64,000 nt of DNA from a virus, in the IMG/VR virus record IMGVR_UViG_3300006880_000001, positions 1 through 64,000 of that record, one strand, 5' to 3'. Both the position numbers and the translations under genes were made by a program. Below are positions 55,260 to 63,913 of this stretch, in pieces; position 1 is the first letter of the stretch; every line of letters starts with the position of its first letter. The notes beneath the pieces were generated by a model. That model had not been told where the DNA came from and did not search any database. It worked only from the letters and a program-made list of their open reading frames with translations.

Positions 55260-55819
55260 GTCGGATCCTCCACCCGGATGTCGAACACATGGCCCGAGAC
55301 GAGGCTGGTTGTGGTCTGCACCCGGAACTGCGTGGTGGTGCGATCGCCAGCTACCGCATCGGGAAGCGAGTAGCCGATGACGGTGGCGCCGCCCGCCTGT
55401 GTCATCTGGATGCGGTAGGCGTCGCTGGCGCGCGCGGCGGGGAGGGTGATGAAGAAGTCGCTACCCTCGGCTCCCGACGCCGAGTAGCGGAAGACCTGAG
55501 CCGTACCCGACCCGCCGCCGGCCGAGCCGCCGATGGACACGAACGGCCGCGGAATGAGGAAGGTGGTTGCCTCGGCGCCGAAGACGCGGAGTTCGCTGTG
55601 GAGGATCTCGAGCCAGACATCGACGCTCAGGATCCCACCCGTGGTGTTCGTGACGGTGACCTGGGTGGCGTCGGCGGTGGCGGTGAAGCCCGCCGTATCG
55701 AAGAAGATCCGGTCCGGGATCAACGCGACGGCGTTGACGTTCAGACTGTGCGGGAGCGACGCGTTTCCGCCGCCCGCGACGTTCGCGAACGACAAAACCT
55801 GATGAAGGCGGTTTGCCAT
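55256..55819 (-). CDS. putative virion protein (paralogue of 55833-56444)
   Basis: Shared RL..., PF, EG.DF..TLP and PD.VAGDRT.TQFRV motifs. Confidence 0.7.
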   Translation of the reverse strand: MANRLHQVLSFANVAGGGNASLPHSLNVNAVALIPDRIFFDTAGFTATADATQVTVTNTTGGILSVDVWLEILHSELRVFGAEATTFLIPRPFVSIGGSAGGGSGTAQVFRYSASGAEGSDFFITLPAARASDAYRIQMTQAGGATVIGYSLPDAVAGDRTTTQFRVQTTTSLVSGHVFDIRVEDPT

Positions 55820-55832
55820 GGACGATCTCCCA

Positions 55833-56444
55833 TCAGGTCCTGGTGGCGAGCATGAAGTCGATCTTGTCGCCGGCGGACGGCGCGAGGCTCGTCAGGACCC
55901 GGAACTGCGTCGGCGTTCGATCTCCGGCGACGAGGTCCGGGCATTCGACGGTGTACTGGGCGATCTGCTGACCCGCCTGGCCGGGGATCACGACGTAGTT
56001 GTCGTTGAGCTCGGCGACCGGGAGGGTGACGATGAAGTCGGTGCCCTCGATACCGGTAGCGGTGTACGTGAAGGCCTGGTAGCCGGCGACGCCGCCGCCG
56101 CTGCCGCTGCCGCCGGCGACGATGAACGGCTGCGGCGTCAGCGCCTTGAAGAGCGTGTCGGGCGTGCCGCCCGTCGCTCCGAAGTTGCGGATGAACGTGT
56201 GCCAGTGCCAGAGGAGGACGTTGCACGACCCGACCCCCGCGCCGTTGTTGCGGACGGTGATCGACGTGGTCGTGATGTTGGTGACCGAGAAGCTGCCGTT
56301 GTCGAGGAAGAGCTGGTCCGCCGCGATGGGGATCGTTCCCGCCGGATCCGCCGCGGTGTACAGGAGCCCCTGGACATCCGTGACCGTCGATGTGGCGCCG
56401 GGACCGATCGTGTTGAACGCGATGATTCGGAGCAGACGGTCCAT
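55833..56444 (-). CDS. putative virion protein (paralogue of 55256-55819)
   Basis: Same shared motifs; GAAGG RBS. Confidence 0.7.
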   Translation of the reverse strand: MDRLLRIIAFNTIGPGATSTVTDVQGLLYTAADPAGTIPIAADQLFLDNGSFSVTNITTTSITVRNNGAGVGSCNVLLWHWHTFIRNFGATGGTPDTLFKALTPQPFIVAGGSGSGGGVAGYQAFTYTATGIEGTDFIVTLPVAELNDNYVVIPGQAGQQIAQYTVECPDLVAGDRTPTQFRVLTSLAPSAGDKIDFMLATRT

Positions 56445-56514
56445 GCGCTAACCCCTTCTTTTCGCGGGCGCTCGGGTGGCGTGTGGCATCACCAGGCCTG
56501 GGGCCAGTGTAGGG

Positions 56515-56530
56515 GATCGCACCTTCGATC
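56515..56530. promoter_or_regulatory. 16-bp palindromic operator, copy 5
   Basis: GATCGCACCTTCGATC upstream of the TACACT -10 of the spike operon. Confidence 0.7.
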
Positions 56531-56585
56531 TCAACGACCACGCATCGCCGTGCCCTACGCGTGGGTGTGTTAGGATGGAGCGGCC

Positions 56586-56921
56586 ATGGCCGCCAAGACC
56601 ATCGACCTCTCACACGAGGGTGCCGCCGTTCTGATCTTCGTGCAGCCAGGCTGCGGCGCGTGCGACGACTTCGTCCCCATCCTCGCCCCACGCGCGCAGG
56701 CCTACCGCATGGCCGGCCTGAAGGTGATCCTGCTCAACCTAGCGAGCGCCGACGCGGCGATCCAGGCGGCTGCGGACCAGTACCAGGTCCGGGCAACGCC
56801 GACCACCATCGTGGTGCGTCGCGGCGCAGCGCCCCTTCGGATCGAAGGAGCCGTCGACGCCCGGTCCGTCGATCATATCCTCTCCGAGGCGTACCGCTGG
56901 CACAACCACACGCGGCCGTGA
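56586..56921 (+). CDS. thioredoxin-like protein
   Basis: F.QPGCGAC active site, cis-Pro ATPT, EGA. Confidence 0.85.
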   Translation: MAAKTIDLSHEGAAVLIFVQPGCGACDDFVPILAPRAQAYRMAGLKVILLNLASADAAIQAAADQYQVRATPTTIVVRRGAAPLRIEGAVDARSVDHILSEAYRWHNHTRP

Positions 56922-56923
56922 CC

Positions 56924-57895
56924 CTAGAGGACGTTGCCGTCCTCGTCGATATCGATGACGCGTCGGCCGGGACGACGGGCGCCTGCGTAGGCTCCGGCGC
57001 TGCGATCGGTCCACCACGCCCAGGCCCGCCAGCCGCCGTAGAGGGCGAGGCCCGCCAGGGCGACGTAGCCCACGGTGGTCAGGGTGTTCGTCGGAGCCAC
57101 CTGGCCGGGCGCCTGCGGATCCGGCACCAGGCGATCGCAGGCCTTGGCGCACGCGTCGCCGCGCGAGCCCGTGGCGATGCATTGCTCGAGGCAGCTCGTC
57201 GCCGTCTTGTAGGCTGCGTTCAGCTGCGTGGTGTAGTTCGCCGAGACCTTGGCGCTGTTCTCGGAGATCTTCATCTCCGCGTACCAGCCGTAGAGGCGCA
57301 CCGCCGCGAGGACGCCGAGGACGACGAACAGGCCGACGATGACGATGGTCAGCGGGCCGAGGCCGAGCTCGCCCGTCTGGGTGAGCCGTGTCGTGAGCTC
57401 CGCCAGCGAAGGCGCCTTCGCCTGGAGGAAGTTCTGGTCGGTGGTGAGGACCTTGACGTCAGCGGACGAGACGAAGCGGTTCGCGGCCGAGGCCGGCTGC
57501 GTCGCCTCCCGGAGTGCACCCAGGAGCTGCGGCGCCGTGTCGTCGTTGAACATGGCACCCGCGAGGCTGCCTGCAGTCGCACCGCTGCCACAGTCGAAGA
57601 GGATGGCCTTCTCGCCAGGGACACCCTTCCAGGCGAACAGGGTCGGCGCCGGGACGCTCTCCGGGAGCCCCGCGACGTTCTGGGCGCGCAGCTGCGCGAG
57701 CATCCCGCGCTGCGTCTCGTAGATGGAGATCGCGAAGAGGTTGTAGGCCTTGAGCTGTGCGCAGGTAGCCCGGCCCGCTCCGAGGAGCAGGGTGATGTGC
57801 TTCGCCATCACCCGAAGGTTCTCGCGGGTTTGGTCGATGTAGGCCGTCGTCCGCTTGAGGCTCTCTGCCTGCTCGGAGGTGAGCTGGTCCGCCAT
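56924..57895 (-). CDS. putative virion membrane protein, two TM helices flanking a CxxxC...CxxxC loop
   Basis: GELGLG-TM, CLEQC..CAKAC, TM + basic tail; leaderless start. Confidence 0.7.
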   Translation of the reverse strand: MADQLTSEQAESLKRTTAYIDQTRENLRVMAKHITLLLGAGRATCAQLKAYNLFAISIYETQRGMLAQLRAQNVAGLPESVPAPTLFAWKGVPGEKAILFDCGSGATAGSLAGAMFNDDTAPQLLGALREATQPASAANRFVSSADVKVLTTDQNFLQAKAPSLAELTTRLTQTGELGLGPLTIVIVGLFVVLGVLAAVRLYGWYAEMKISENSAKVSANYTTQLNAAYKTATSCLEQCIATGSRGDACAKACDRLVPDPQAPGQVAPTNTLTTVGYVALAGLALYGGWRAWAWWTDRSAGAYAGARRPGRRVIDIDEDGNVL

Positions 57896-57913
57896 GCTTC
57901 GACGGTACCACGC

Positions 57914-57929
57914 GATCCCACCTTCGATC
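57914..57929. promoter_or_regulatory. 16-bp palindromic operator, copy 6
   Basis: GATCCCACCTTCGATC upstream of TACCGT -10 and ATG 57895. Confidence 0.65.
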
Positions 57930-57993
57930 CACGGTCCCTGTTCCGTGGGGCACTTACCAGGGACCGTCACCCCGCCATGGTACTCGTAGGACG

Positions 57994-58545
57994 ATGACTC
58001 ATGACTATCAGACGCGGCGCGAAGTCGTTTACACCGGCCAGGACGACTTCACGGGCACCCCCTGCCGGGTGATCTACCTCAGCGAGTGGCACGGACCTAA
58101 CCGACGCCACAACGCGGTCATCGTCGAACGCCAAGACGGCGCCGATGCCATGGGCGTCGCGCGCTGGCGCGTCGTCGACGACGTCGGCATCTACACCCGT
58201 ATGGCAGCCGCAGCGTGCGTGGCTGCATTCTTCGGCACGGCGGCCGCTAAGCCCCCGGACACGTCGACCCCGACGCCGGCACCCATCGCAGACACCGCGC
58301 CCACCGCCTATGACGAGGAGGATGTCGCCCGCGCGCTCGCGAGGTGCGTCCCGATCGGATCGTACGGCGCGACGATCCTTGGCGAGGCGGGGCCGATCGT
58401 GGAGCCGAGCATCCACGAGGTGGATACCCGGAAGCTCACGGTCCACGAGATGGAAACCCGTAAAGTCGTGGTCGACTTCGATCTCCTCCAGGACGCGTCG
58501 GAAGACGAGACGTCCTTTCAGGATGTCGCGCCGGAACAGCGCTAA
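57994..58545 (+). CDS. hypothetical protein
   Basis: GTCAC-N10-TA promoter upstream. Confidence 0.6.
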   Translation: MTHDYQTRREVVYTGQDDFTGTPCRVIYLSEWHGPNRRHNAVIVERQDGADAMGVARWRVVDDVGIYTRMAAAACVAAFFGTAAAKPPDTSTPTPAPIADTAPTAYDEEDVARALARCVPIGSYGATILGEAGPIVEPSIHEVDTRKLTVHEMETRKVVVDFDLLQDASEDETSFQDVAPEQR

Positions 58546-58574
58546 CCGTCACCCCGGTGTGCTACCACGCCGGG

Positions 58575-58997
58575 ATGGCCGAGCCCCCAAAGCTATATCA
58601 GGTCTATCGTCCCGTCGCGACCTACCTCTGCCAGACCTTCGCCCGCTGCAACTGTCCTGCGACGGCGCTGAAGCGTCCACCCCGCTGGCGGTGGGGCTTG
58701 CCGAACCTCCTCACCGAGAGCGTCTGGGTCACCTCGCCGACGGTCACCGACGCCCTACCCACCGACTGGCAGGCGGCGCTGGTCGGGATGGCGATCCTCG
58801 ACGACCGCATCGACCGGACGTTGGTCGGGCTCTACGCCGGCTCAGGCCTCTCCCAGGAGAGCCTCCAACAGCTGATCCAGGGGTGGGTCCGGGAGCGCGG
58901 GTTGAAAGGAGCCGAAGACGCGCAGGCCCAGGCGGTCATCCTCAGCTACGTCATGGAGGTCACGCGAGACCAATTCCTGGCCGCACGGCATCGCTGA
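58575..58997 (+). CDS. hypothetical protein
   Basis: GTCAC-N10-TA promoter, leaderless ATG. Confidence 0.6.
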   Translation: MAEPPKLYQVYRPVATYLCQTFARCNCPATALKRPPRWRWGLPNLLTESVWVTSPTVTDALPTDWQAALVGMAILDDRIDRTLVGLYAGSGLSQESLQQLIQGWVRERGLKGAEDAQAQAVILSYVMEVTRDQFLAARHR

Positions 58998-59042
58998 AGA
59001 CCATTTGCGGAAGGTCATTTCGCGTGGTACCGTCCGGCTACC

Positions 59043-59555
59043 ATGCGCACGATGACCTGTCTGGCCGGCCTCCTGCTCCTCGTGGGCTGTGCGGTGGACG
59101 AGCCCTGTGTGTACGACGAGACCCGCGCCGAGATGACCTGTGTTGACACCGACGCGACCGTCTCAGATGATGGGATCATGCGTTGGTGGCAGACGATGTT
59201 CGCCAAGATCACCCCCTACCTGGGGGTCTCCGGGACGTACAAGGTCGAGGGCTACGCCATCGCGCAGGCCTGCGCCGGGCAGCAGCGCTCCTACCTGAGC
59301 GGTACCTTCACCACCCAGTTCACGCTTGATGCGGCGGGCGGCATCTCCCCGTCCAGCTTCTCGCTGAACCGGACGCTCACGAGGCCGCCCGCGGCCCTCG
59401 TGGTCTACATGGAGTCGAGCGGCAAGCAGTACCGCTTCGACTTCGTGGACAACTGTGGCGGGAAGCTTCGCGGGTCGTGGATCGCGGAGTTCGTCGACCC
59501 CGCGACCGGCTTGACCTGCTGGCACTTCGGACACGCCACCGCGACCCGCCACTGA
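59043..59555 (+). CDS. lipoprotein
   Basis: LAGLLLLVG-C lipobox. Confidence 0.65.
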   Translation: MRTMTCLAGLLLLVGCAVDEPCVYDETRAEMTCVDTDATVSDDGIMRWWQTMFAKITPYLGVSGTYKVEGYAIAQACAGQQRSYLSGTFTTQFTLDAAGGISPSSFSLNRTLTRPPAALVVYMESSGKQYRFDFVDNCGGKLRGSWIAEFVDPATGLTCWHFGHATATRH

Positions 59556-59559
59556 CGAG

Positions 59560-60423
59560 CTACTCGTCGGTCGCGTACGTCTCGAAGGCGAAGGTCGCTC
59601 CGTCCGCCACGTTGTTGTAGTAGATCATCAGGTACTCGCCGAGGGCGGGGTTGATGACGAACCGCGACGTGGTGGTCGAGGCGACGGCGGCGGCAGAGGC
59701 CACGGTAGCCTCGCGCATGTTGAAGAAGTTGTCGATGAGCCCGACACGGACGTCCGCCGCCGCGCTGCCCTTCGTGTAGACGATGATCGTCCGCCGGCCA
59801 GAGACTGGGAACTGCGCGGCCAGCTTCTCGACGCCGGCGCCAGCGCCAGCAGTCGTCACCTGGCCGGTCTGGTAGAGCGGGAACCGCGACGTGGGGATGA
59901 TGGGCGGCGGGGCGCCCAGGTAGGCGTAGAGGTGTAGGAGCGGGGCGTTGTACGCCGCGTTGGGGACCGTGGTCCCGAACGTCGCCGTTGACCCGTCCGC
60001 CTTCACGTACGTGTTCCCGAACTGGAAGAGCTCTTCGGTGAGCGTTCCGGCGAAGGTCGTAATGACCAACGACGACGTCGTGTTGAAGACGGCGGTCGGG
60101 ACCACGTTCTGAGTCGCCGGTTGCGAGAAGGCCAGTGGCGCCTTCACGGAGACGCGGCGAGCGAAGTCCCAGAGGCTTGCGCTCGGGACCAGCTTCTGCA
60201 GCGAGTACGACACCCAGACGCGGTCGACAGTGCTGCGGGGGCCGATGGCGAGGCCGCCCAACGCCGGCATGGCCTTGGAGTTGATGGGTGGGAAGACGAG
60301 GTTCGTGCCGTCCGGGTCGTTCGCGACGACCGTATCGCCCCAACGGGCGATGAGGATCTCGAAGACGTTGTTCCTCTGCGCGAGGACGTCATCGACGGAG
60401 ATGGCGCTGTTGATCCAGACCAT
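59560..60423 (-). CDS. beta-rich putative minor capsid/vertex protein
   Basis: GGAGG RBS; in operon with the capsid-like genes; beta-strand pattern. Confidence 0.6.
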   Translation of the reverse strand: MVWINSAISVDDVLAQRNNVFEILIARWGDTVVANDPDGTNLVFPPINSKAMPALGGLAIGPRSTVDRVWVSYSLQKLVPSASLWDFARRVSVKAPLAFSQPATQNVVPTAVFNTTSSLVITTFAGTLTEELFQFGNTYVKADGSTATFGTTVPNAAYNAPLLHLYAYLGAPPPIIPTSRFPLYQTGQVTTAGAGAGVEKLAAQFPVSGRRTIIVYTKGSAAADVRVGLIDNFFNMREATVASAAAVASTTTSRFVINPALGEYLMIYYNNVADGATFAFETYATDE

Positions 60424-60427
60424 AGGC

Positions 60428-60757
60428 TCAGCCTCCGATTGCGGTCGGCCACGCCTCCGAGATTGCGACGGAGATGAGTCCGATCGCACCGGACCCCGCC
60501 GCGTGGCAGCCCTGCTCGGGCGCCAAGACGAAGGTCGCCTCGGAGTTGGGCGGGATCAGGAACGTCGCTTGGGTGTTGCTCGCGATGTTGACGTCCTGTG
60601 CTGTGTGGGCGAAGAAGATGTTGACCGGACCGACGTTCCGAACGACGACGCGGATCGGTACCTTCGACGCGTAGGTGATGACCGCCGGCGCGCCGACGCC
60701 GAGGTTGGGGACGGTCATGGTCTTGACCGTCGACGGTTGCATGGCGCGGGGAGACAT
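60428..60757 (-). CDS. small beta-sandwich virion protein
   Basis: RVVVRNVGPVNIFF..FLIPP pattern; GGAGGA RBS. Confidence 0.65.
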   Translation of the reverse strand: MSPRAMQPSTVKTMTVPNLGVGAPAVITYASKVPIRVVVRNVGPVNIFFAHTAQDVNIASNTQATFLIPPNSEATFVLAPEQGCHAAGSGAIGLISVAISEAWPTAIGG

Positions 60758-60774
60758 GGTCGTCCTCCCCCGGC

Positions 60775-61287
60775 TCAGCGCGCCTCGGACGGCGGCGCGA
60801 CCGTGACGTGGAAGCCCTGGAAGGTGAGCTCGATCCGGAGGTTGGCCACCACGGGGTTGAACGCCACCGCCGGCACCGCGAGCGTGTCGACTGAGATGAT
60901 GAGCTGCTCGGCCTTCTTCAGGTAGAGCGGCTCAGCGAGCTCCCAGGTCGCCTCCGACTGGCCCTTGATCAGGGTGTGGAGGAGGGTCGGGGCGCGGGTC
61001 CACAGGTGATCCTTCGAGACGTCCTGGATGCGCACGCGCACGAAGCGCAAGAGGATGTCGAAGACCGAAGACGGCTGGATGGCCAGGATGACGTTGTTGG
61101 CATCGAGGCCGGTCACCCGTGGGATCATCCGATGGATCTCGAACGGGCGATCGAAGGAGTTCAGGAACGTCGCGTCGGGGAACTGAACGCCTGAGGCCGA
61201 GAAGGGGACGATGAGCTCGCCCGGGATCGAGAACGGCTCGCGGAAGGTGATGTTGAGACCAGCGAACGTGCTTGGCAGGCGACCCAT
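60775..61287 (-). CDS. putative small single-jelly-roll major capsid protein (170 aa)
   Basis: Alternating beta pattern (RPFEIHRM..VRVRIQD..P.YL..QLIISV..IELTFQG); adjacent to the 230 aa gene; fold is inferred. Confidence 0.55.
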   Translation of the reverse strand: MGRLPSTFAGLNITFREPFSIPGELIVPFSASGVQFPDATFLNSFDRPFEIHRMIPRVTGLDANNVILAIQPSSVFDILLRFVRVRIQDVSKDHLWTRAPTLLHTLIKGQSEATWELAEPLYLKKAEQLIISVDTLAVPAVAFNPVVANLRIELTFQGFHVTVAPPSEAR

Positions 61288-61356
61288 GGAAGAGCTCCCG
61301 ATCGTCGAGGGGTTTGGACTTGATTCCCCGACGTCAAGGCCATCCTACCAGACGAC

Positions 61357-61372
61357 GATCGAACCTGCGATC
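61357..61372. promoter_or_regulatory. 16-bp palindromic operator, copy 7
   Basis: GATCGAACCTGCGATC upstream of the TAGGAT -10 of 61287(-). Confidence 0.7.
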
Positions 61373-61416
61373 AAAAGGCCAAGGGCCCGTCGGCACTTCG
61401 CCGTACGGGCCCTTTG
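61373..61416 (-). terminator. intrinsic terminator after the putative large capsid gene
   Basis: AAGGGCCCGT..ACGGGCCCTT hairpin followed by TTTT on the minus strand. Confidence 0.6.
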
Positions 61417-61451
61417 GGGGATAGCCAGGCGCCGTCGAGGGCGCCGTCCGA

Positions 61452-62144
61452 TCAGGTGATCGGGCGCTGGATCAGGCCGACGAGGCGGACGACGAAGTCC
61501 GCGAAGCCGAGCACCGCACCACCGTCCGAGGCCGCCTGCGCGATCGCGAGGGCGGTTTCCGGCTGGAACTGCATCTTGTACGAGATGCCGTCGCGCAGGT
61601 AGATCGGCAGCACCAGCGACGCGCGGTCACGCGGGCTGGGGATGCCGTTCTGCGCGAGCTCGATGTTCGCCGCCGTCGTGAACAGCGAGTAGCCCGACCC
61701 CTGCGGGTAGTACTCGAGCTGTCCGGTGGTGAACTCCTTGTTGTTGTACTCGAACCGCAGCGCGGTCACGCGGTTGATGTTGAACAGCGTGCGGAGCGTC
61801 GGCGGGTCCGAGAAGTCGCCGAGGACCGGCTGGGCGCCGGCAGCGCGGCAGACGCGGTTGCAGCGCACGCAGATCGCGTACACGAGCATCGCGTAGCCCT
61901 GCGGCAGGCCGGAGTCGCCGGCGCGCGGCACGTTCGTGTCGACGCGCGACATCGGGCGAGTACCGCCGGGGATCGGCTGCGAGCGGCCGACCGCGAAGGC
62001 CTCGACCTGCGCCTGCTGCGCGTTCGACAGCTGGACGGCCGAGAAGTAGCTGTCGTCGATCCAGTCACGGAGGGAGATCACGGTCCCGTCCGAGAGCTTG
62101 ACCGTGGTCGTTCCTGGGGATACACCAACAGTTCCCTGCGACAT
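61452..62144 (-). CDS. putative large single-jelly-roll major capsid protein (230 aa)
   Basis: Strong AGGAG RBS, own terminator, TN....G.LP..Y.V..I pattern, C-terminal VRLVG..RP strand; fold is inferred. Confidence 0.6.
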   Translation of the reverse strand: MSQGTVGVSPGTTTVKLSDGTVISLRDWIDDSYFSAVQLSNAQQAQVEAFAVGRSQPIPGGTRPMSRVDTNVPRAGDSGLPQGYAMLVYAICVRCNRVCRAAGAQPVLGDFSDPPTLRTLFNINRVTALRFEYNNKEFTTGQLEYYPQGSGYSLFTTAANIELAQNGIPSPRDRASLVLPIYLRDGISYKMQFQPETALAIAQAASDGGAVLGFADFVVRLVGLIQRPIT

Positions 62145-62233
62145 TGTCTTTTCTCCTGAGAGGGTGAGGACTTGCAGCCCTATCGGGGAGGGCGGACCTC
62201 CCTAGCGCAGGGCTTGGTGGACGTGGGTCGGGA

Positions 62234-62815
62234 TCAGCCCCAGATCGTGCCGCCGTACGCGCCGGCGAGGTTCGACGTCTGGGGGCCGCCGAGCAGGTTG
62301 ACCTGATCCGACTGCGCGGACTGGCCGAGCAGATCGACCGGCGGCGACTCCGACAGCGACGCACCGGCGATCGAGCCGCCGTTGATCATGCCGTAGGCCG
62401 GCGACTGCGGAGTCGCGGCGGGCAGACCCATGGCGCCGTTCAGGTAGTCGACCTGGGGCAGGCCGAAGCCGTTCAGGTAGTCGACCTGGGGCAGGCCGAG
62501 GGCCGCGGAGCCCATCAGGTGGCGCTCGACGAAACGCACGCCGGCCGAGACGAGGAGACCGAGACCGGCCATGACGCCGGCGCGGCGGGTCGAGGGCATC
62601 GCCCACAGCCCCAGCGCAGCGGCCGCGCCGACGCCGAAGCCGACGTCGTCGCTCTTCATGTACCAGCTCGATCCCTTGTCCGTCGCCATGCGGACGAGGG
62701 CGCTCACGATGGCGGGCGCGCCGGCGCCGATGAAGGCGCCGTACAGGGGAGGCAGGCCCTCGGGCTCGCCGAACTCGTTGAGGCCAAGCAGGTTGACCTC
62801 GCTCAGGTGCTTCAT
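62234..62815 (-). CDS. multi-TM virion membrane protein with a Gly-motif-rich tail
   Basis: Three hydrophobic segments, then (GLPQVDYLNG)x2, INGG, LLGG. Confidence 0.7.
   Translation of the reverse strand: MKHLSEVNLLGLNEFGEPEGLPPLYGAFIGAGAPAIVSALVRMATDKGSSWYMKSDDVGFGVGAAAALGLWAMPSTRRAGVMAGLGLLVSAGVRFVERHLMGSAALGLPQVDYLNGFGLPQVDYLNGAMGLPAATPQSPAYGMINGGSIAGASLSESPPVDLLGQSAQSDQVNLLGGPQTSNLAGAYGGTIWG
62435..62499. repeat. 33-bp-period tandem repeat (GLPQVDYLNG x2)
   Basis: GCCGTTCAGGTAGTCGACCTGGGGCAGGCCGA at 62435 and 62468. Confidence 0.9.
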
Positions 62816-62855
62816 CTGTCGTCTCCTCTGGTGAAGGTCACGTGTGGCCTCGGGT

Positions 62856-63065
62856 TCAGCGGGCGCACTTGGCAGCGCCTCCCTTTTGGAAGGCCCATCC
62901 GGTCTTGACGCGCTTGTCGGGGCAGAGTCGCCCCCAGCGCTTGGTTCGGCTGTTGTAGATGCAGCGGCAGCCGTCGGCATCGACGGCGGCACCGTCATCG
63001 CCCAGCCCCGCACCGCGGCGCTTCTTGCCGCGGCGGGGACCGTCGAGTGTGATCACGCTCGGCAT
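62856..63065 (-). CDS. small basic Cys-containing protein with MPSVITLDG N-terminus
   Basis: TGATG coupling; CRC..NSRT..KTGW..KGG resembles 40732 and 41091. Confidence 0.7.
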   Translation of the reverse strand: MPSVITLDGPRRGKKRRGAGLGDDGAAVDADGCRCIYNSRTKRWGRLCPDKRVKTGWAFQKGGAAKCAR

Positions 63066-63787
63066 CAGTGCTCCTCGCCCTCGTCGGGCAGCGGTGGCGG
63101 CGAAGGGGCTTGCGGCATGTTGGCCGCCGACTCGCGCATCGGGTTGACGAACTGGCGCCAGCCGCGCTGGTCGGCAGCCTCCTCGACGATCGCGGGGAGC
63201 CCGGCGGTCCACTGCTGGCCGACCGGGACTGCGTAGGCGCCGTGCTGCTCGGCGGTGATGATGGGCGTCGAGGTCGGCGGATGCATCGCCGCCGCGGTCG
63301 TCTTGCCGACGATGTTCATGGCGGCGGTCATGACCGGTTGCATCGGCGGTCGGCCCCAGGCGTAGCCGTGGACGTTGCGCAGCGTACCCGGCTGGAACGG
63401 CGCCGCGGCTTGAGGCGGGGTCGACGGCGAGGTGGCGACCGGCGTCGCCGCGGTCGTCGCGACGAGCGCCGCCGCGCGCTGGATGCGGCGCTTGAGGAAC
63501 CAGCCCCGGACGCGATCCACGAGGCGTGGCTTCCCGGCGCTGAAGCCGTAGTAGTACGGGAGCGGTGCGTAGCCGAGCCCGTTCACCGGCGGCGAAGTCG
63601 GCGGCGACACCACTGCAGTCGTGGCCGGCGCCGCGCTCGTGATCTCGATGCCGAACTGCGGCGCAGCGGTGAACTGCCAGGCGACGTTCATCGCCGCCTG
63701 GACCGGATGGTAGCCCGGAATCGGCTGGCGGACATTCGTCCACGACGTCACATCGGGGCGAACGTACGCGAACGGTGCCTTCTTCAT
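63065..63787 (-). CDS. Pro/Ala/Thr-rich putative virion protein
   Basis: Leaderless start behind palindrome copy 8; VNGLG; internal PV..AAMN repeat. Confidence 0.65.
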   Translation of the reverse strand: MKKAPFAYVRPDVTSWTNVRQPIPGYHPVQAAMNVAWQFTAAPQFGIEITSAAPATTAVVSPPTSPPVNGLGYAPLPYYYGFSAGKPRLVDRVRGWFLKRRIQRAAALVATTAATPVATSPSTPPQAAAPFQPGTLRNVHGYAWGRPPMQPVMTAAMNIVGKTTAAAMHPPTSTPIITAEQHGAYAVPVGQQWTAGLPAIVEEAADQRGWRQFVNPMRESAANMPQAPSPPPLPDEGEEH

Positions 63788-63805
63788 AGTGTCGACGGTA
63801 GCGTG

Positions 63806-63821
63806 GATCGAACCTGCGATC
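63806..63821. promoter_or_regulatory. 16-bp palindromic operator, copy 8
   Basis: GATCGAACCTGCGATC upstream of TACCGT -10 and ATG 63787. Confidence 0.7.
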
Positions 63822-63913
63822 AACTGCCAAACATCGGAGATCCCACGCGTCGCGGGCGGTGCTCTCCGTTTTCGTGGGTGCGCATGGTCGACGAAGCGAG
63901 GTCGGGGCAGCGC

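Noticed and set aside
41413-63821. 16-bp palindrome as a LexA/SOS box
   Set aside because: It does not fit CTGT-N8-ACAG or GAAC-N4-GTTC, and it is restricted to structural and lysis genes.
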